From contig JBEPVZ010000002.1 of the NCBI GenBank assembly GCA_041690695.1, forward strand, positions 1,454 to 65,453: DNA of 64,000 bases, in the 5' to 3' direction. Source of the stretch: Candidatus Daviesbacteria bacterium. Its GTDB lineage: Bacteria > Patescibacteriota > Microgenomatia > Daviesbacterales > UBA10151. Position numbers and translations under genes: made by a program. The stretch's first letter is position 1. Each line of letters starts with the position of its first letter. The notes under the pieces are model-generated. The model made no database searches. It was not told the DNA's origin and saw only the letters and a list, made by a program, of their open reading frames with translations. Shown piece after piece: positions 18,921-28,941 of this stretch.

Positions 18921-20944
18921 AGCCTGTCCCAATTTTAGTTGCTCTGGGACTTTTTTTTATTCTTTGCCTGATGCCGAGCCGAGTTTTGGCTGATCAATCA
19001 AATTCCTTTGTAACAATTGTTAATCCTGTTCGGATATCGACTTACAATAAAGATCCTCAAGCTAGCTTACTAGCTGAGTACTCAGAAGTTCAAAAGCGGT
19101 CACTTCCGGCAACTTGGTTATTAACAGATGATGTTTTAAATAACTCTAGCATGGTCACAACCTTAAAAAGTTTTGATCCGAAGCAGGAGTTCGGAATATT
19201 TTTAGAGATATCACCAGCTTTAGCTAAAGAAGCTCAAGTCGATTATCCTAAATCTGTTCAGTGGTACTTTGCGAATGCTGTTTTTTTAAGTGGTTATAGT
19301 CAAGGTGATCGAAAAAAGTTAATTGATACGGTTTTTAGTGATTTTAAAAACCAATTTGGATTTTATCCCAAAGTGGTTGGTTCCTGGTGGACAGATAGTT
19401 ATTCTTTAAATTATTTACATCAAAAATACCAAATCACAACAAATTTAGGTTTGGCAGATCAATATTCAACTGATGGATATCAAGTTTGGGGGAGTTATTG
19501 GTCGACCGCCTTTTATCCAAGTTTATTAAATGTGGGTATTCCTGCTAATTCTTTAAGCAATAAGCTTGATGTCGTTAATCTAGAGTGGGCGCCACGTGAT
19601 CCATTAAATGGTTATGGACCAGGGGAGGCTAGTAAATATAGTACTCAAGATTATCAAACATTAAATTTGGGTGATGATTATTTCGCCAAATTATTTAATC
19701 TTTATGCCGTATCACATAATAATAGTTTTGGTCAGATAACTGTCGGCTTAGAAGCTGATCTTTCGCCAGAAGTTTTTCAGCAAACTTTTGCTCGCCAACT
19801 TAACTTAATCTCAACGCAGTCGCAAGTCCAGGTGGTTTTAGCTAGCCAATTTGCCAGTTGGTATATTCAGCATTTCCCGAACCTGTCACCGCCTCAGATA
19901 ATTGTTAGTCAAGATTTATTAGGAGGTAATAAACAAGCTATTTGGTATCAAAGTCCAAACTTTAGAGCAGGTTTAACTTATGATCCTTTGACCAATCAAA
20001 CTAAAATTATCGATCTAAGAACTTATCAACCTGAGATTGAGGATCCATATTATTTAACCCCAAATTCGGAGATGAAGTTACATGTAAATACGCCATCTTT
20101 AATTGACTCAGTTAACGTTCCGAATGATGGTTGGTTAATTTCGACAAGCCTTTTAAATTCAATTAATCAAAACGAGTCTGGGCTTAAAATTACTTATCAA
20201 AACGGTCAGACAATTAATATGAGTGATCAAGGTATAAATTTAACTGGCCAATTATCTCAGCCAGTACCTAAAACCATTACTTCCGGAAAAGTTATCAAAA
20301 TAGATAGTGACGGAAAATCATTGTTAATGACACCAGTTTCAATGTGGCTGGCTCCACCAGCTGGTAGGGTCATAAATACTTTTTTGCCAGAATTACCACT
20401 CCTTTTGCGTCAACGACGCGGCGTTATTGAGATTGCTCTGATTGGTGGACTATTAGTAGTCGGCCAACTTCTAATTTTTGGAAAAATAAAAAGAAAAAGG
20501 CGACCTTTTATACTTATATCGAGTTTAACGATTTTATCTCTACCGTTAATCTGGATATTAATTCATAACCGACAATTCATGGTTACACAGGGTGAAGTAG
20601 ATGGTTTATTTAGACTTTCTCAAATGCCTGTCGGTAAAGTTGTAGTTTATGATCATGAGTGTTTAAATTGTCAGTGGCAAACTATATCTAAACCAGCTAT
20701 TTATGCTAATAAGCGTGGCTATGTGGCTGATTTAAGCCATGATCCAATTATTTATAATAAAATTATATTTGAAACTAAATCACGTGCTGAAGGTCGAAAA
20801 GCCTTGGTCGATTTAAAGGCAAAGTATATTTATTTAGCTAAATATGGAAACTATATTGAAACACTACCATTTTCGCCAGGGGACTATAATATAGAGATGA
20901 TTTTTGAAAATGCCAATTGTCAAATTTGGCAAGTAAAGTCTTAA
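18917..20944 (+). CDS. exported, membrane-anchored hypothetical protein with a large N-terminal ectodomain and a Cys-containing C-terminal domain
   Basis: Signal-peptide-like N-terminus (MKPVPILVALGLFFILCLMPSRVLA). A roughly 480-aa soluble domain (..TWLLTDDVL.., WWTDSYSLNYL) and two TMs near residues 500-550. A C-terminal roughly 120 aa carries the CLNC...C...C pattern. Confidence 0.5.
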   Translation: MKPVPILVALGLFFILCLMPSRVLADQSNSFVTIVNPVRISTYNKDPQASLLAEYSEVQKRSLPATWLLTDDVLNNSSMVTTLKSFDPKQEFGIFLEISPALAKEAQVDYPKSVQWYFANAVFLSGYSQGDRKKLIDTVFSDFKNQFGFYPKVVGSWWTDSYSLNYLHQKYQITTNLGLADQYSTDGYQVWGSYWSTAFYPSLLNVGIPANSLSNKLDVVNLEWAPRDPLNGYGPGEASKYSTQDYQTLNLGDDYFAKLFNLYAVSHNNSFGQITVGLEADLSPEVFQQTFARQLNLISTQSQVQVVLASQFASWYIQHFPNLSPPQIIVSQDLLGGNKQAIWYQSPNFRAGLTYDPLTNQTKIIDLRTYQPEIEDPYYLTPNSEMKLHVNTPSLIDSVNVPNDGWLISTSLLNSINQNESGLKITYQNGQTINMSDQGINLTGQLSQPVPKTITSGKVIKIDSDGKSLLMTPVSMWLAPPAGRVINTFLPELPLLLRQRRGVIEIALIGGLLVVGQLLIFGKIKRKRRPFILISSLTILSLPLIWILIHNRQFMVTQGEVDGLFRLSQMPVGKVVVYDHECLNCQWQTISKPAIYANKRGYVADLSHDPIIYNKIIFETKSRAEGRKALVDLKAKYIYLAKYGNYIETLPFSPGDYNIEMIFENANCQIWQVKS

Positions 20945-20953
20945 TAAAAAATC

Positions 20954-22078
20954 ATGAACATATTAATTTTTTCTTGGCGCGATCTAAAGCATCCTCTTTC
21001 TGGAGGAGCTGAGCAAGTTATGCACGAGCATGCTAAAGGCTGGATTGCGGCTGGACATTCGGTAACTTGGTTTTCATCAACTTATAAAGATGCCCCGCAA
21101 AATGAGATTTTAGATGGCATAACAATTTTTCGTAGGGGAGGACAGCTATTAGATGTTCAGGTTCGAGGTTTTATCTGGTATTTATTTGGCAAACACTCAA
21201 AGTTTGATTTAGTTGTTGACCAATTTCATGGGATATCTTTTTTTACGCCTCTTTATGTCAGAGTTAAAAAACTAGCAGTTTTACAAGAGGTTGCTCGCGA
21301 AATTTGGTTAGCTAATTATCTTCCCAAACCTTTTAATTGGATTATTGGTACGATCGGTTATCTTGGTGAACCATTTATCTTTTTACTTTATAAGAATGTA
21401 TCATTTATGGTTGGATCTCAATCAGCTAAAAAAGATTTAACAACTTATGGGATTGCGGGCAATCACATAACTATTATTCCGCACGGGGTTATCATTGAGC
21501 AGCCTGATCTTAAAATAAAAAAAGAAGCTAAAAAAACTATTATTTTTTTAGGAGCTTTACAGCAGGATAAAGGTACATCAGATGCTATTAAAGCCTTTTC
21601 ACTTTTAAAAGATATAAATAATTCTCAACTGTGGATTATTGGACGAGGTAGTATAGATTATACAAACTACTTAAAAAAACTCTGTAAAGACTTAAAGGTT
21701 ATGAATAAAGTTAAATTTTGGGGATTTGTCTCTCAACATCAAAAGTTTGAACTTCTTAGAAGGTCTCATTTATTGGTAAACCCATCTATTCGTGAAGGGT
21801 GGGGGTTAGTTAATATTGAAGCAAATAGTATGGGTATTCCAGTTGTCGCATATAAATCGGCTGGATTAATCGATTCAGTTAAAGATGATGAAAGTGGCGT
21901 TTTTGTAGATAAAAATACCCCCGAGGAATTGGCGAACAAGATTAATCTTCTATTAGACGATAATTCTTTATATAAACGCCTAAGTTTAGGAGCTCTAAAC
22001 TGGAGTAAGCAGTTTAATTGGCAAAAGTCTAAAGAATTAAGCCTAAAATTAATTGAATCACTTACTTCCGAGCAATAA
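20954..22078 (+). CDS. GT4 family glycosyltransferase
   Basis: ILIFSWRDLKHPLSGGAEQVMHEHAKGW...REGWGLVNIEANSMGIPVVAYKSAGLIDSV. Confidence 0.7.
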   Translation: MNILIFSWRDLKHPLSGGAEQVMHEHAKGWIAAGHSVTWFSSTYKDAPQNEILDGITIFRRGGQLLDVQVRGFIWYLFGKHSKFDLVVDQFHGISFFTPLYVRVKKLAVLQEVAREIWLANYLPKPFNWIIGTIGYLGEPFIFLLYKNVSFMVGSQSAKKDLTTYGIAGNHITIIPHGVIIEQPDLKIKKEAKKTIIFLGALQQDKGTSDAIKAFSLLKDINNSQLWIIGRGSIDYTNYLKKLCKDLKVMNKVKFWGFVSQHQKFELLRRSHLLVNPSIREGWGLVNIEANSMGIPVVAYKSAGLIDSVKDDESGVFVDKNTPEELANKINLLLDDNSLYKRLSLGALNWSKQFNWQKSKELSLKLIESLTSEQ

Positions 22079-22817
22079 TTAAATAATTAACCGTAAATAT
22101 ATTGGGATATTTGGGAAAGAGTTGAGAGATTAGATTGAAAATTATGCATAAAATATTTAATGGAATAATTAGACTAATAGCGATTATTCCAAACAGTCCA
22201 CTAAATAGTTTGGCAGATAAGCTTTTCTTATGAAGTTGTAATTTAAGGTTTTTAAATAAGCAAACGAGTATCGATAAAAATATAAAATCTGAGAATGTTC
22301 CTTGGGATTTAACTTCAACTACTTTTAGATTAGCTTTTTTAATAAAATCAACTAAGGCGTAACTCGTAAATCTATTTCTATCATAGGGAATGTCATGAAT
22401 TGAGTACATGAATGGGGATGACAAAATTAAAATTCCGCCTTTTTTTAAAATTCTTGAGATCTCATTTAATGATTTCTGAGGGTCATCGACATATTCCATG
22501 ACTTGTATGAAAAGAGCCGTGTCATATTGGGAATCTTTTATGGGAAGTTTTTCTACAGGAGCTAAAATATCGGCTTTATTTTTTGATAAATATAACTTAA
22601 CAGTTTTAGGACTATCGATTCCAGTATAAGATTTAATATGTTCTTTTAAATATTCTTTATACTCCATTCGACCACAACCAATATCAATCAGATCTCCTCG
22701 ACTGTACTTTTGGGCGGCGGCAATAATTTCTTTTCGGTAACGATTATAAATAAATTGTGGATGAATAATAGTTTCACCGAAGCCTCCGCTAAATTTAATC
22801 CAAAAATCTTTTAACAT
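22062..22817 (-). CDS. class I SAM-dependent methyltransferase with a C-terminal membrane anchor
   Basis: Motif I LIDIGCGRMEY plus ISRILKKGGILILSSPF. A C-terminal hydrophobic helix (LFSGLFGIIAISLIIPLNILCIIF). The 3' end overlaps the convergent GT4 by 17 bp. Confidence 0.7.
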   Translation of the reverse strand: MLKDFWIKFSGGFGETIIHPQFIYNRYRKEIIAAAQKYSRGDLIDIGCGRMEYKEYLKEHIKSYTGIDSPKTVKLYLSKNKADILAPVEKLPIKDSQYDTALFIQVMEYVDDPQKSLNEISRILKKGGILILSSPFMYSIHDIPYDRNRFTSYALVDFIKKANLKVVEVKSQGTFSDFIFLSILVCLFKNLKLQLHKKSLSAKLFSGLFGIIAISLIIPLNILCIIFNLISQLFPKYPNIFTVNYLIIARK

Positions 22818-22818
22818 T

Positions 22819-23763
22819 TTAATTTAAAACTTCAACCGCGATCTCGTTCATAGATTTTATATTTAATAATCCCTTTTTGTTTTGAATCGCCGCATATTTA
22901 ATAATCTCTTCTAAGCCTTTTAATAGTTGAATTGAATTGTCAGTTAAATCTATGGGGTGAAACCATAAATGGAAAACTTGATGTTTCCTGATGGCTTGTT
23001 GAATACTAAATTTAGCTTTCATAACGCGCAGATTGATTGGTATGAACCTTCTGAATCCTCTGGCAGATAAATAATACATATTTCCAGGGATGTTAACTAG
23101 TCCTTCTTCAATATGAGGATTTGAAGTATGTGGAATTAATAACAGGAGATCAATTAATAATAATAATTTATTAACTAGTTTAAAACGTGAGGCTTGTGTG
23201 GTGAAGCTATCAAGTCCGCGGAAGGATTTAAAACCTAATTTATGTAATAACTTTAGTTGACCGATGAGATTGCATGGAAAAACAAATGATTTAAGTTTAA
23301 TATGCTCCTTACTCGCTAGTTTAATGCATTCCTTAATCTCAGATTCAGCACATTTTTTACTGCAACCTGAATGTCCAATCAGAACATGTGAAAAACTATG
23401 ACTCCCGATCTCTTGTTTTTTACTTTTTTTAATTAACTGGACAATATCTTTACCATACCATTCTGGATTGTCTTTTATTGAGGTTGCAGGGTCATATAGG
23501 AACCAATCGACTTTTCTCCAAGGATAGTTTGGTCTAATTATTTCAGGATGTTTAATTGAGTTTTTAGATGAGCATTGATCTAAAAAAAGATGACCAACAA
23601 TTGCCCATGTGGCGGAAATATTATATTTTTCAAACATTAATAAAAGGCTTTTGATAACAGGTCTTGTCCTCTGAGCTCGAGTTATAAATGGGTGGTAATT
23701 AAAGTCGTGTCTACCCCATAACAGTTCAGTATCTAGCGAAATACAAAACGTCCCTTTATTCAT
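22819..23763 (-). CDS. NodB-homology (CE4-type) polysaccharide deacetylase, divergent
   Basis: CE4 motif 1 variant ISLDTE (for TFDDG), motif 2-like ISATWAIVGHLF, and the His motif EIGSHSFSHV. Confidence 0.55.
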   Translation of the reverse strand: MNKGTFCISLDTELLWGRHDFNYHPFITRAQRTRPVIKSLLLMFEKYNISATWAIVGHLFLDQCSSKNSIKHPEIIRPNYPWRKVDWFLYDPATSIKDNPEWYGKDIVQLIKKSKKQEIGSHSFSHVLIGHSGCSKKCAESEIKECIKLASKEHIKLKSFVFPCNLIGQLKLLHKLGFKSFRGLDSFTTQASRFKLVNKLLLLIDLLLLIPHTSNPHIEEGLVNIPGNMYYLSARGFRRFIPINLRVMKAKFSIQQAIRKHQVFHLWFHPIDLTDNSIQLLKGLEEIIKYAAIQNKKGLLNIKSMNEIAVEVLN

Positions 23764-23810
23764 AAATGCATTATATAATAAGCTCGATCATTTGCTATGA
23801 TACATACTTA

Positions 23811-24965
23811 ATGAGAATTGGTATTTTAACCCATAATTATCCGCAAACATCAGGCCAGCGCAAAGACGCTGGGACATTTATCTACGACTTTGCGGAAGAG
23901 TTATCAGGTCGAGGTCATAAGATTTACGTTTTTTCCCCAAAGTTTATTGGTAAAAAAGAAGCGTATAAAAAAGTCCCAGTAGAGTGGTTTAACTGGAGTG
24001 GCGGAGATAAAAAATTAGCAAATATTAATTTAAAAAGTAGTTCTGGTTTATTTAGCATTTTTAGTTTGCTCTGGAATGGACAAAATCAATCAATACAGTT
24101 TGCTAAAGATCATAATCTCGATTTTTGCTTAGCATTTTGGTCATTCCCGAGTGGGTTATTTGCTTGGTGGATACATAAACGACTAAAAATTCCCTATGGG
24201 ATTATGACAATGGGTTCAGATATTTTTGTCTATGGCAAAAACCCTTTATTAAATTTTCTAAATACTTATCTGTTAAGGCGAGCAGATATTATTTTTGGAG
24301 ATGGTAAAAAAATATCCGAAGTAACAGCTCGTTTGGCAAAAAAAGAATGTACTTACATCCCGATTATTACCGCCATTAGCTTTAATAATGTTAAACCCTT
24401 GAAAAGATCTAAAAATACGTTTAATTTTTTATATGTTGGCCGACTCGAAAGTGTTAAGGGTCCAGATCTTTTAATTGAGGCCGTCAAAATACTTAGCCAG
24501 ACTAATCCTAATTTTAAAGTTAATATAGTCGGGGATGGGTCAATGTTAGAGGATCTACAAGAAAAGGTTCGTAAGTATAACTTAGGAGATAAAGTCACAC
24601 TTTTAGGAAATATATCGGATAAGAAAAGATTAGCAGCCTTTTATTTATCAGCTGATTGTTTAATCGTTCCTTCGCGGAGCGAGAGTCTATCAATGGTTAT
24701 TCCTGAAGCCATAAAAGCTGACCTACCCGTAATTGCGAGCAATGTCGGAGATATGGGTGAGTTTGTTAGAAAAAATAAAATTGGTTATATCTTTCCCTCA
24801 CAAAAAACTAATATATTGGCGAGTAAGATGTTACTTGCCATGAAAGAAGGTCATAATTTTAAAAAAAGACGAAAAGAAAATCTAAGAAAACTAAGTGCAA
24901 TATTTAGCATTGAAAATTGTGTCGATATTTTTTTAAAGCAATTAAAATTAATAAATAAAGAATGA
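23811..24965 (+). CDS. GT4 family glycosyltransferase
   Basis: MRIGILTHNYPQ...DAGTFIYDFAEELSGRGHKIYVF and a C-terminal SESLSMVIPEAIKADLPVIASNVGDMGEFV. The track ORF starts at 23766, but the ATG at 23811 is the likelier start. Confidence 0.65.
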   Translation: MRIGILTHNYPQTSGQRKDAGTFIYDFAEELSGRGHKIYVFSPKFIGKKEAYKKVPVEWFNWSGGDKKLANINLKSSSGLFSIFSLLWNGQNQSIQFAKDHNLDFCLAFWSFPSGLFAWWIHKRLKIPYGIMTMGSDIFVYGKNPLLNFLNTYLLRRADIIFGDGKKISEVTARLAKKECTYIPIITAISFNNVKPLKRSKNTFNFLYVGRLESVKGPDLLIEAVKILSQTNPNFKVNIVGDGSMLEDLQEKVRKYNLGDKVTLLGNISDKKRLAAFYLSADCLIVPSRSESLSMVIPEAIKADLPVIASNVGDMGEFVRKNKIGYIFPSQKTNILASKMLLAMKEGHNFKKRRKENLRKLSAIFSIENCVDIFLKQLKLINKE

Positions 24966-27106
24966 TAAAGTTTAAGTTTAATATAAAAATAACTGCAATT
25001 ATTTTAGGAGTTATTTTTTTTATTTTAGGAATAATTACGTTACCAGATTACGGAATTAATTGGGACACGATTAATCATCTCCCCAGAGGCCAGGCATATT
25101 TACACTATATGTTAACAGGTCGAAAGGACTATAAAGATTTACCGAACTTCTTTAATGGTTGGCAAGTCCCGGGACAATGGTACTGGCAAAATCCGAGCAG
25201 TCTAGGTATTGATACAAATATTCCGTATAACAATATTCCTAAAAGGAGCTTGTATCAGTTAGATAGCCAAGATTTTCAATATAATATGAAAACTGATGGT
25301 TATGGGCATCCTCCGACGAGTGATATTATATCGGCCCTTTTTAATACCGTTCTATTTCAACATCTTCATTGGATTAATGATATTGATTCGTATCACGTTT
25401 ATGGAATTTTATTAGCAGCGGCTTTAGTCGGATTAATCTTTTGGTGGGTTTCAAAAGTTTATGGTCTATTTGCAGGATTTATAGCTGCAATATCTTTATC
25501 TCTATATCCGTTATTTTGGTCAGAATCACATTTTAATACTGAAAAAGATGTTCCGGAAACAGTCTATTGGTCTTTCATGTTTTTTGCTATCTGGCGGGGT
25601 ATCACAACTAAAAGTTGGAAGTGGATTCTAACTTCAGGAGTATTTTTTGGATTAGCACTAGGAACAAAATTTAATATTTTGTTTGCCGGTCCAATTATTT
25701 TGGTCTGGCTCTCGGCATATCTAATCACACAATACTTGAATTCGAAAACAAAAAAAATATCTGTCATCAAAAAATGTATTAGAAGTAATATCAAGTTGAT
25801 TTTAGCCTGCTTAATAGCTCCAATAATTGGTTTTGTTATTTTTGTTGGAACTTGGCCATATCTTTGGACCAATACTTTGAATGGCCTTCAAACGGTCGTG
25901 AGCTTTTATAAAGATATTGGAACTTCGCCATCTATCGATTCTCGGTTTATTTGGCATTTTGGATTAAATCTTTATCCTTCAAAGTGGATTGTTTATACCA
26001 CTCCTTTAATTATTCTTGGATTAAGCCTGTTTGGGTTTGTTGTTGCTATTAGCCGGGTAAGACGAGATAAAGATCAAGTTAGCTTCCTTTTTTTGCTTTG
26101 GCTGTTAATACCGATCGTTCGGGTGACCTTGCCCGGTACGGATATTTATGGAGGAGTCAGACAAATTATGGAATATATTCCTGCACTGGCTATTCTTTCG
26201 GGTCTTGGAGCTTATCAGGTAAAAAAGATGCTTGAGGTTATTTTAAAGAAGTTTTTTATAAAAACTTCTTTTGCCTCGAATTTATCAGGCTTACTTATTA
26301 TTTTAATGTTTATTCCAATTACTCTAAAATTAATTCAAATTCACCCAAATGAAAATGTTTATTTTAATCCTCTTATCGAAGGTTTAGCTGGTGCTAAATC
26401 TAAAGATATCCCTTATTGGGGTGATTCTTTTGGTGCTGCGTATCGCCAAGGGGTTGTTTGGCTAAATCAGCATGCTGAGAAAAACGCTAAGTTAGTTTAT
26501 GCTAATGAATTAATTCCAAATATTCCAAGAATTTGGTTGAGAACTGATTTAGATCTTCAAAATATTTATCGAAGTGGTTATCTTAGAGAAGGTGAGTACG
26601 CTATTACTTTAACCTATCAAGGTACTAATACGCGTTCATATTATGATATGTATTTATCGACTTTTTTGGTACCAGTTTATGAGGCTAAAGTGGATGGTGT
26701 TTCCGTTTTAAGCATTTGGAAAAACGATGATATGCATTTAAAACGTCCTTATACTGAAAAGGCTCTCCTAAATATTCAGATAAGTAAAAATAATAATGAT
26801 TTGATTTTGAATCTAGGAGCAAATTATCCACTTTCTCGATTAGTTGCAACTTACGGTTCTTCTGATTGTTCTGATTTAAAAACTGGGGTCGTTTCGATCT
26901 CACCAAATGATGTTAACTGGGTAAACTTACCCGGAGTTTTACCTGATGATTGGCAAATAACTGCTTTGGGACAACAACCAAAAGGAGGTAATTTTATTGA
27001 ACCTTTTGCTGGTCAGCAGGCTCAATATATAAAATTGTCGGTTGATTCTGCAAAGACCTGTTTAATGAAAAATCTCACCAGTGCGAAGGTTTATGTTTTA
27101 AATTAA
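24962..27106 (+). CDS. large GT-C-type membrane protein with a C-terminal extracytoplasmic domain
   Basis: 714 aa. The N-terminal half has about 11 TMs and a DE/D-rich first loop (YGINWDTINHLPRGQAY). The C-terminal roughly 230 aa are soluble. The stop codon directly abuts the stop of the convergent gene. Confidence 0.5.
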   Translation: MIKFKFNIKITAIILGVIFFILGIITLPDYGINWDTINHLPRGQAYLHYMLTGRKDYKDLPNFFNGWQVPGQWYWQNPSSLGIDTNIPYNNIPKRSLYQLDSQDFQYNMKTDGYGHPPTSDIISALFNTVLFQHLHWINDIDSYHVYGILLAAALVGLIFWWVSKVYGLFAGFIAAISLSLYPLFWSESHFNTEKDVPETVYWSFMFFAIWRGITTKSWKWILTSGVFFGLALGTKFNILFAGPIILVWLSAYLITQYLNSKTKKISVIKKCIRSNIKLILACLIAPIIGFVIFVGTWPYLWTNTLNGLQTVVSFYKDIGTSPSIDSRFIWHFGLNLYPSKWIVYTTPLIILGLSLFGFVVAISRVRRDKDQVSFLFLLWLLIPIVRVTLPGTDIYGGVRQIMEYIPALAILSGLGAYQVKKMLEVILKKFFIKTSFASNLSGLLIILMFIPITLKLIQIHPNENVYFNPLIEGLAGAKSKDIPYWGDSFGAAYRQGVVWLNQHAEKNAKLVYANELIPNIPRIWLRTDLDLQNIYRSGYLREGEYAITLTYQGTNTRSYYDMYLSTFLVPVYEAKVDGVSVLSIWKNDDMHLKRPYTEKALLNIQISKNNNDLILNLGANYPLSRLVATYGSSDCSDLKTGVVSISPNDVNWVNLPGVLPDDWQITALGQQPKGGNFIEPFAGQQAQYIKLSVDSAKTCLMKNLTSAKVYVLN

Positions 27107-28039
27107 TTATAAGATTTGTTTAATAATCTTTTGTTCATTTTTTTGGTTAGTTCTCGCCAACATCATTTCTGCGAGCAGTCCAGTCGAAATAAGTTGAACG
27201 CCAACAATCATTAGTAAGAGTCCAAATATTAAAAGAGGTTGATGTGAGGCAATTCCACCTGTTGTCACCCTTAGGTAAGTGATATATAAACCAACTAAAA
27301 AGCCAATTGTAAAGCTACTGAGTCCGAGTGTTCCGAAAAAATGACCTGGTCTTTTCATATAACCGGTAATAAATACAATTGTTAATAAATCAAGGATACC
27401 TTTCACTCCACGAGTCCAACCATATTTGGTTTTTCCATATTTTCTTGGTCGATGGTCGACAATAATCTCCCCAACCAGATAATTTTGTTTTGAAGCGATG
27501 ATTGGGATGAATCTATAAAGTTCCCCGTATAAATTAAGGTTCTTCACAACTTCTTTTTTGTATGCTTTAAACCCACAATTGGTGTCATGGATCGGAACTT
27601 TAGTTAAGTAGCGCGTAAGTGAGTTTAAAATTCTGGAGGGCAAAACTTTACTCAGTGAGGGATCATGTCTAACTTTTTTCCATCCGGAAACCAGATCGTA
27701 GCCCTCACTAATTTTCTTTAGAAATCGACCAATCTCGCGGGGATTGTCCTGGAGATCGGCATCAAGTGTGAAAATGATATCACCCCGAGCTTCATCAAAA
27801 CCGGTTTGCAATGCTATTGATTTTCCAAAGTTTCCTCTTAATCTAACAACTTTAACACGCCGATCTTGTTTTTTAATCTTTTTTAAGTTTTGGAAAGTTT
27901 TATCTTGTGATCCATCATCGACAAATATAATTTGATAAGGAAGCTTGATTTTTTTCATAACTTCCGAAATCTCTTTATATAATGGACCGACAGAACCTTC
28001 TTCGTCCTTGGCTGGAATAACGAATGATAACGATTGCAT
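27107..28039 (-). CDS. polyprenyl-phosphate glycosyltransferase, GtrB/ArnC/DPM1-like GT2 with two C-terminal TMs
   Basis: LSFVIPAKDEEGSV...IIFVDDGSQDKT...GNFGKSIALQTGFDEARGDIIFTLDADLQDNP, then the C-terminal hallmark LLMIVGVQLISTGLLAEMMLAR. The track ORF begins at a TTG (28078); the ATG at 28039 is the likelier start. Confidence 0.7.
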   Translation of the reverse strand: MQSLSFVIPAKDEEGSVGPLYKEISEVMKKIKLPYQIIFVDDGSQDKTFQNLKKIKKQDRRVKVVRLRGNFGKSIALQTGFDEARGDIIFTLDADLQDNPREIGRFLKKISEGYDLVSGWKKVRHDPSLSKVLPSRILNSLTRYLTKVPIHDTNCGFKAYKKEVVKNLNLYGELYRFIPIIASKQNYLVGEIIVDHRPRKYGKTKYGWTRGVKGILDLLTIVFITGYMKRPGHFFGTLGLSSFTIGFLVGLYITYLRVTTGGIASHQPLLIFGLLLMIVGVQLISTGLLAEMMLARTNQKNEQKIIKQIL

Positions 28040-28113
28040 TTTGGGGTTAAGTATATGAATTCTCTTACACAGTTGCAATCTGCTATTTATTACCGATAAA
28101 ATAACTCAAGTTT

Positions 28114-28941
28114 ATGAAAGTCACGCGTCTAATAAAACCGTTAGTCTCAATTATTATTACTACGAAAAATGAGCAGGCAAATATTGAAGCTTTGCTAAAG
28201 AGTATAAAAATTCAATCATATAAAAACTTTGAAATAATAGTTGTTGATAATAATTCAACTGATAAAACAAAACTTATTGCTAAAAAATATACCAAAAAGG
28301 TTTTTAATTTTGGTCCTGAAAGAAGTGCTCAAAGAAATTTTGGTGTCGATAAATCCGAAGGCATTTATGTTTTAATACTAGATGCGGATATGGTTTTAGA
28401 TCGGAAAGTTTTGGAGGACTGTGTAAAGCAACTTGAAATTAATTCTAAAGCTAAGGCATTAGTTATTCCGGAAAAATCCTTCGGAACTAGTTTTTGGGCA
28501 ACTGTCAAAGGATTTGAAAAAAGTTTTTATTTAGGAGATTCAACTATAGAAGCGGCTCGTTTCTTTGATCACAAAGTATTTAATCAATTTAAAGGTTATG
28601 ATTTAAAAATTACCGGTCCGGAAGATTATGAGTTACCATATCGGATTAGCAAAAAATATTCTATTGATAGAATTCCATCTTTTATCATGCATAATGAGGG
28701 GAATCTCTCACTTTGGAGAACAATGAAGAAAAAGTATTATTATGCGTCCAAGGCATCAAGTTATTTAAAGAAGCATCCTGAAATGCTATTTAAACAAGGA
28801 AATTTATTATTTAGGCCGGCATTTTTCAAGAAATGGCCACTGCTATTAGCTCATCCGTTTTTATCCCTCAGTTTATTTTTTATGAGAGCCATGGAAATGT
28901 CCGCCGCCATGTTAGGTTTTATAAAAGGCAGATATTTATGA
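28114..28941 (+). CDS. GT2 family glycosyltransferase
   Basis: VSIIITTKNEQANIEALLKSI...IIVVDNNSTDKT...VLILDADMVLD. Confidence 0.65.
   Translation: MKVTRLIKPLVSIIITTKNEQANIEALLKSIKIQSYKNFEIIVVDNNSTDKTKLIAKKYTKKVFNFGPERSAQRNFGVDKSEGIYVLILDADMVLDRKVLEDCVKQLEINSKAKALVIPEKSFGTSFWATVKGFEKSFYLGDSTIEAARFFDHKVFNQFKGYDLKITGPEDYELPYRISKKYSIDRIPSFIMHNEGNLSLWRTMKKKYYYASKASSYLKKHPEMLFKQGNLLFRPAFFKKWPLLLAHPFLSLSLFFMRAMEMSAAMLGFIKGRYL

Noticed and set aside
28033-28080. 7-bp inverted repeat GATTGCA ... TGCAATC spaced 34 bp apart in the divergent region between the minus-strand lipid-sugar synthase and the plus-strand GT2
   Set aside because: It is short and widely spaced. The chance expectation in an 80-bp AT-rich segment is not negligible, and no supporting second copy was found.
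28833-28937. Long upstream extensions of track ORFs that produce apparent 40- to 110-bp gene overlaps (28833, 36878, 54824, 53410, 23766, and 27107..28078 which uses a TTG start)
   Set aside because: In each case an internal ATG sits exactly at an ATGA or 4-bp overlap with the upstream stop and precedes the conserved N-terminal motif. The overlaps are start-codon artefacts, not real gene overlap or frameshifts.
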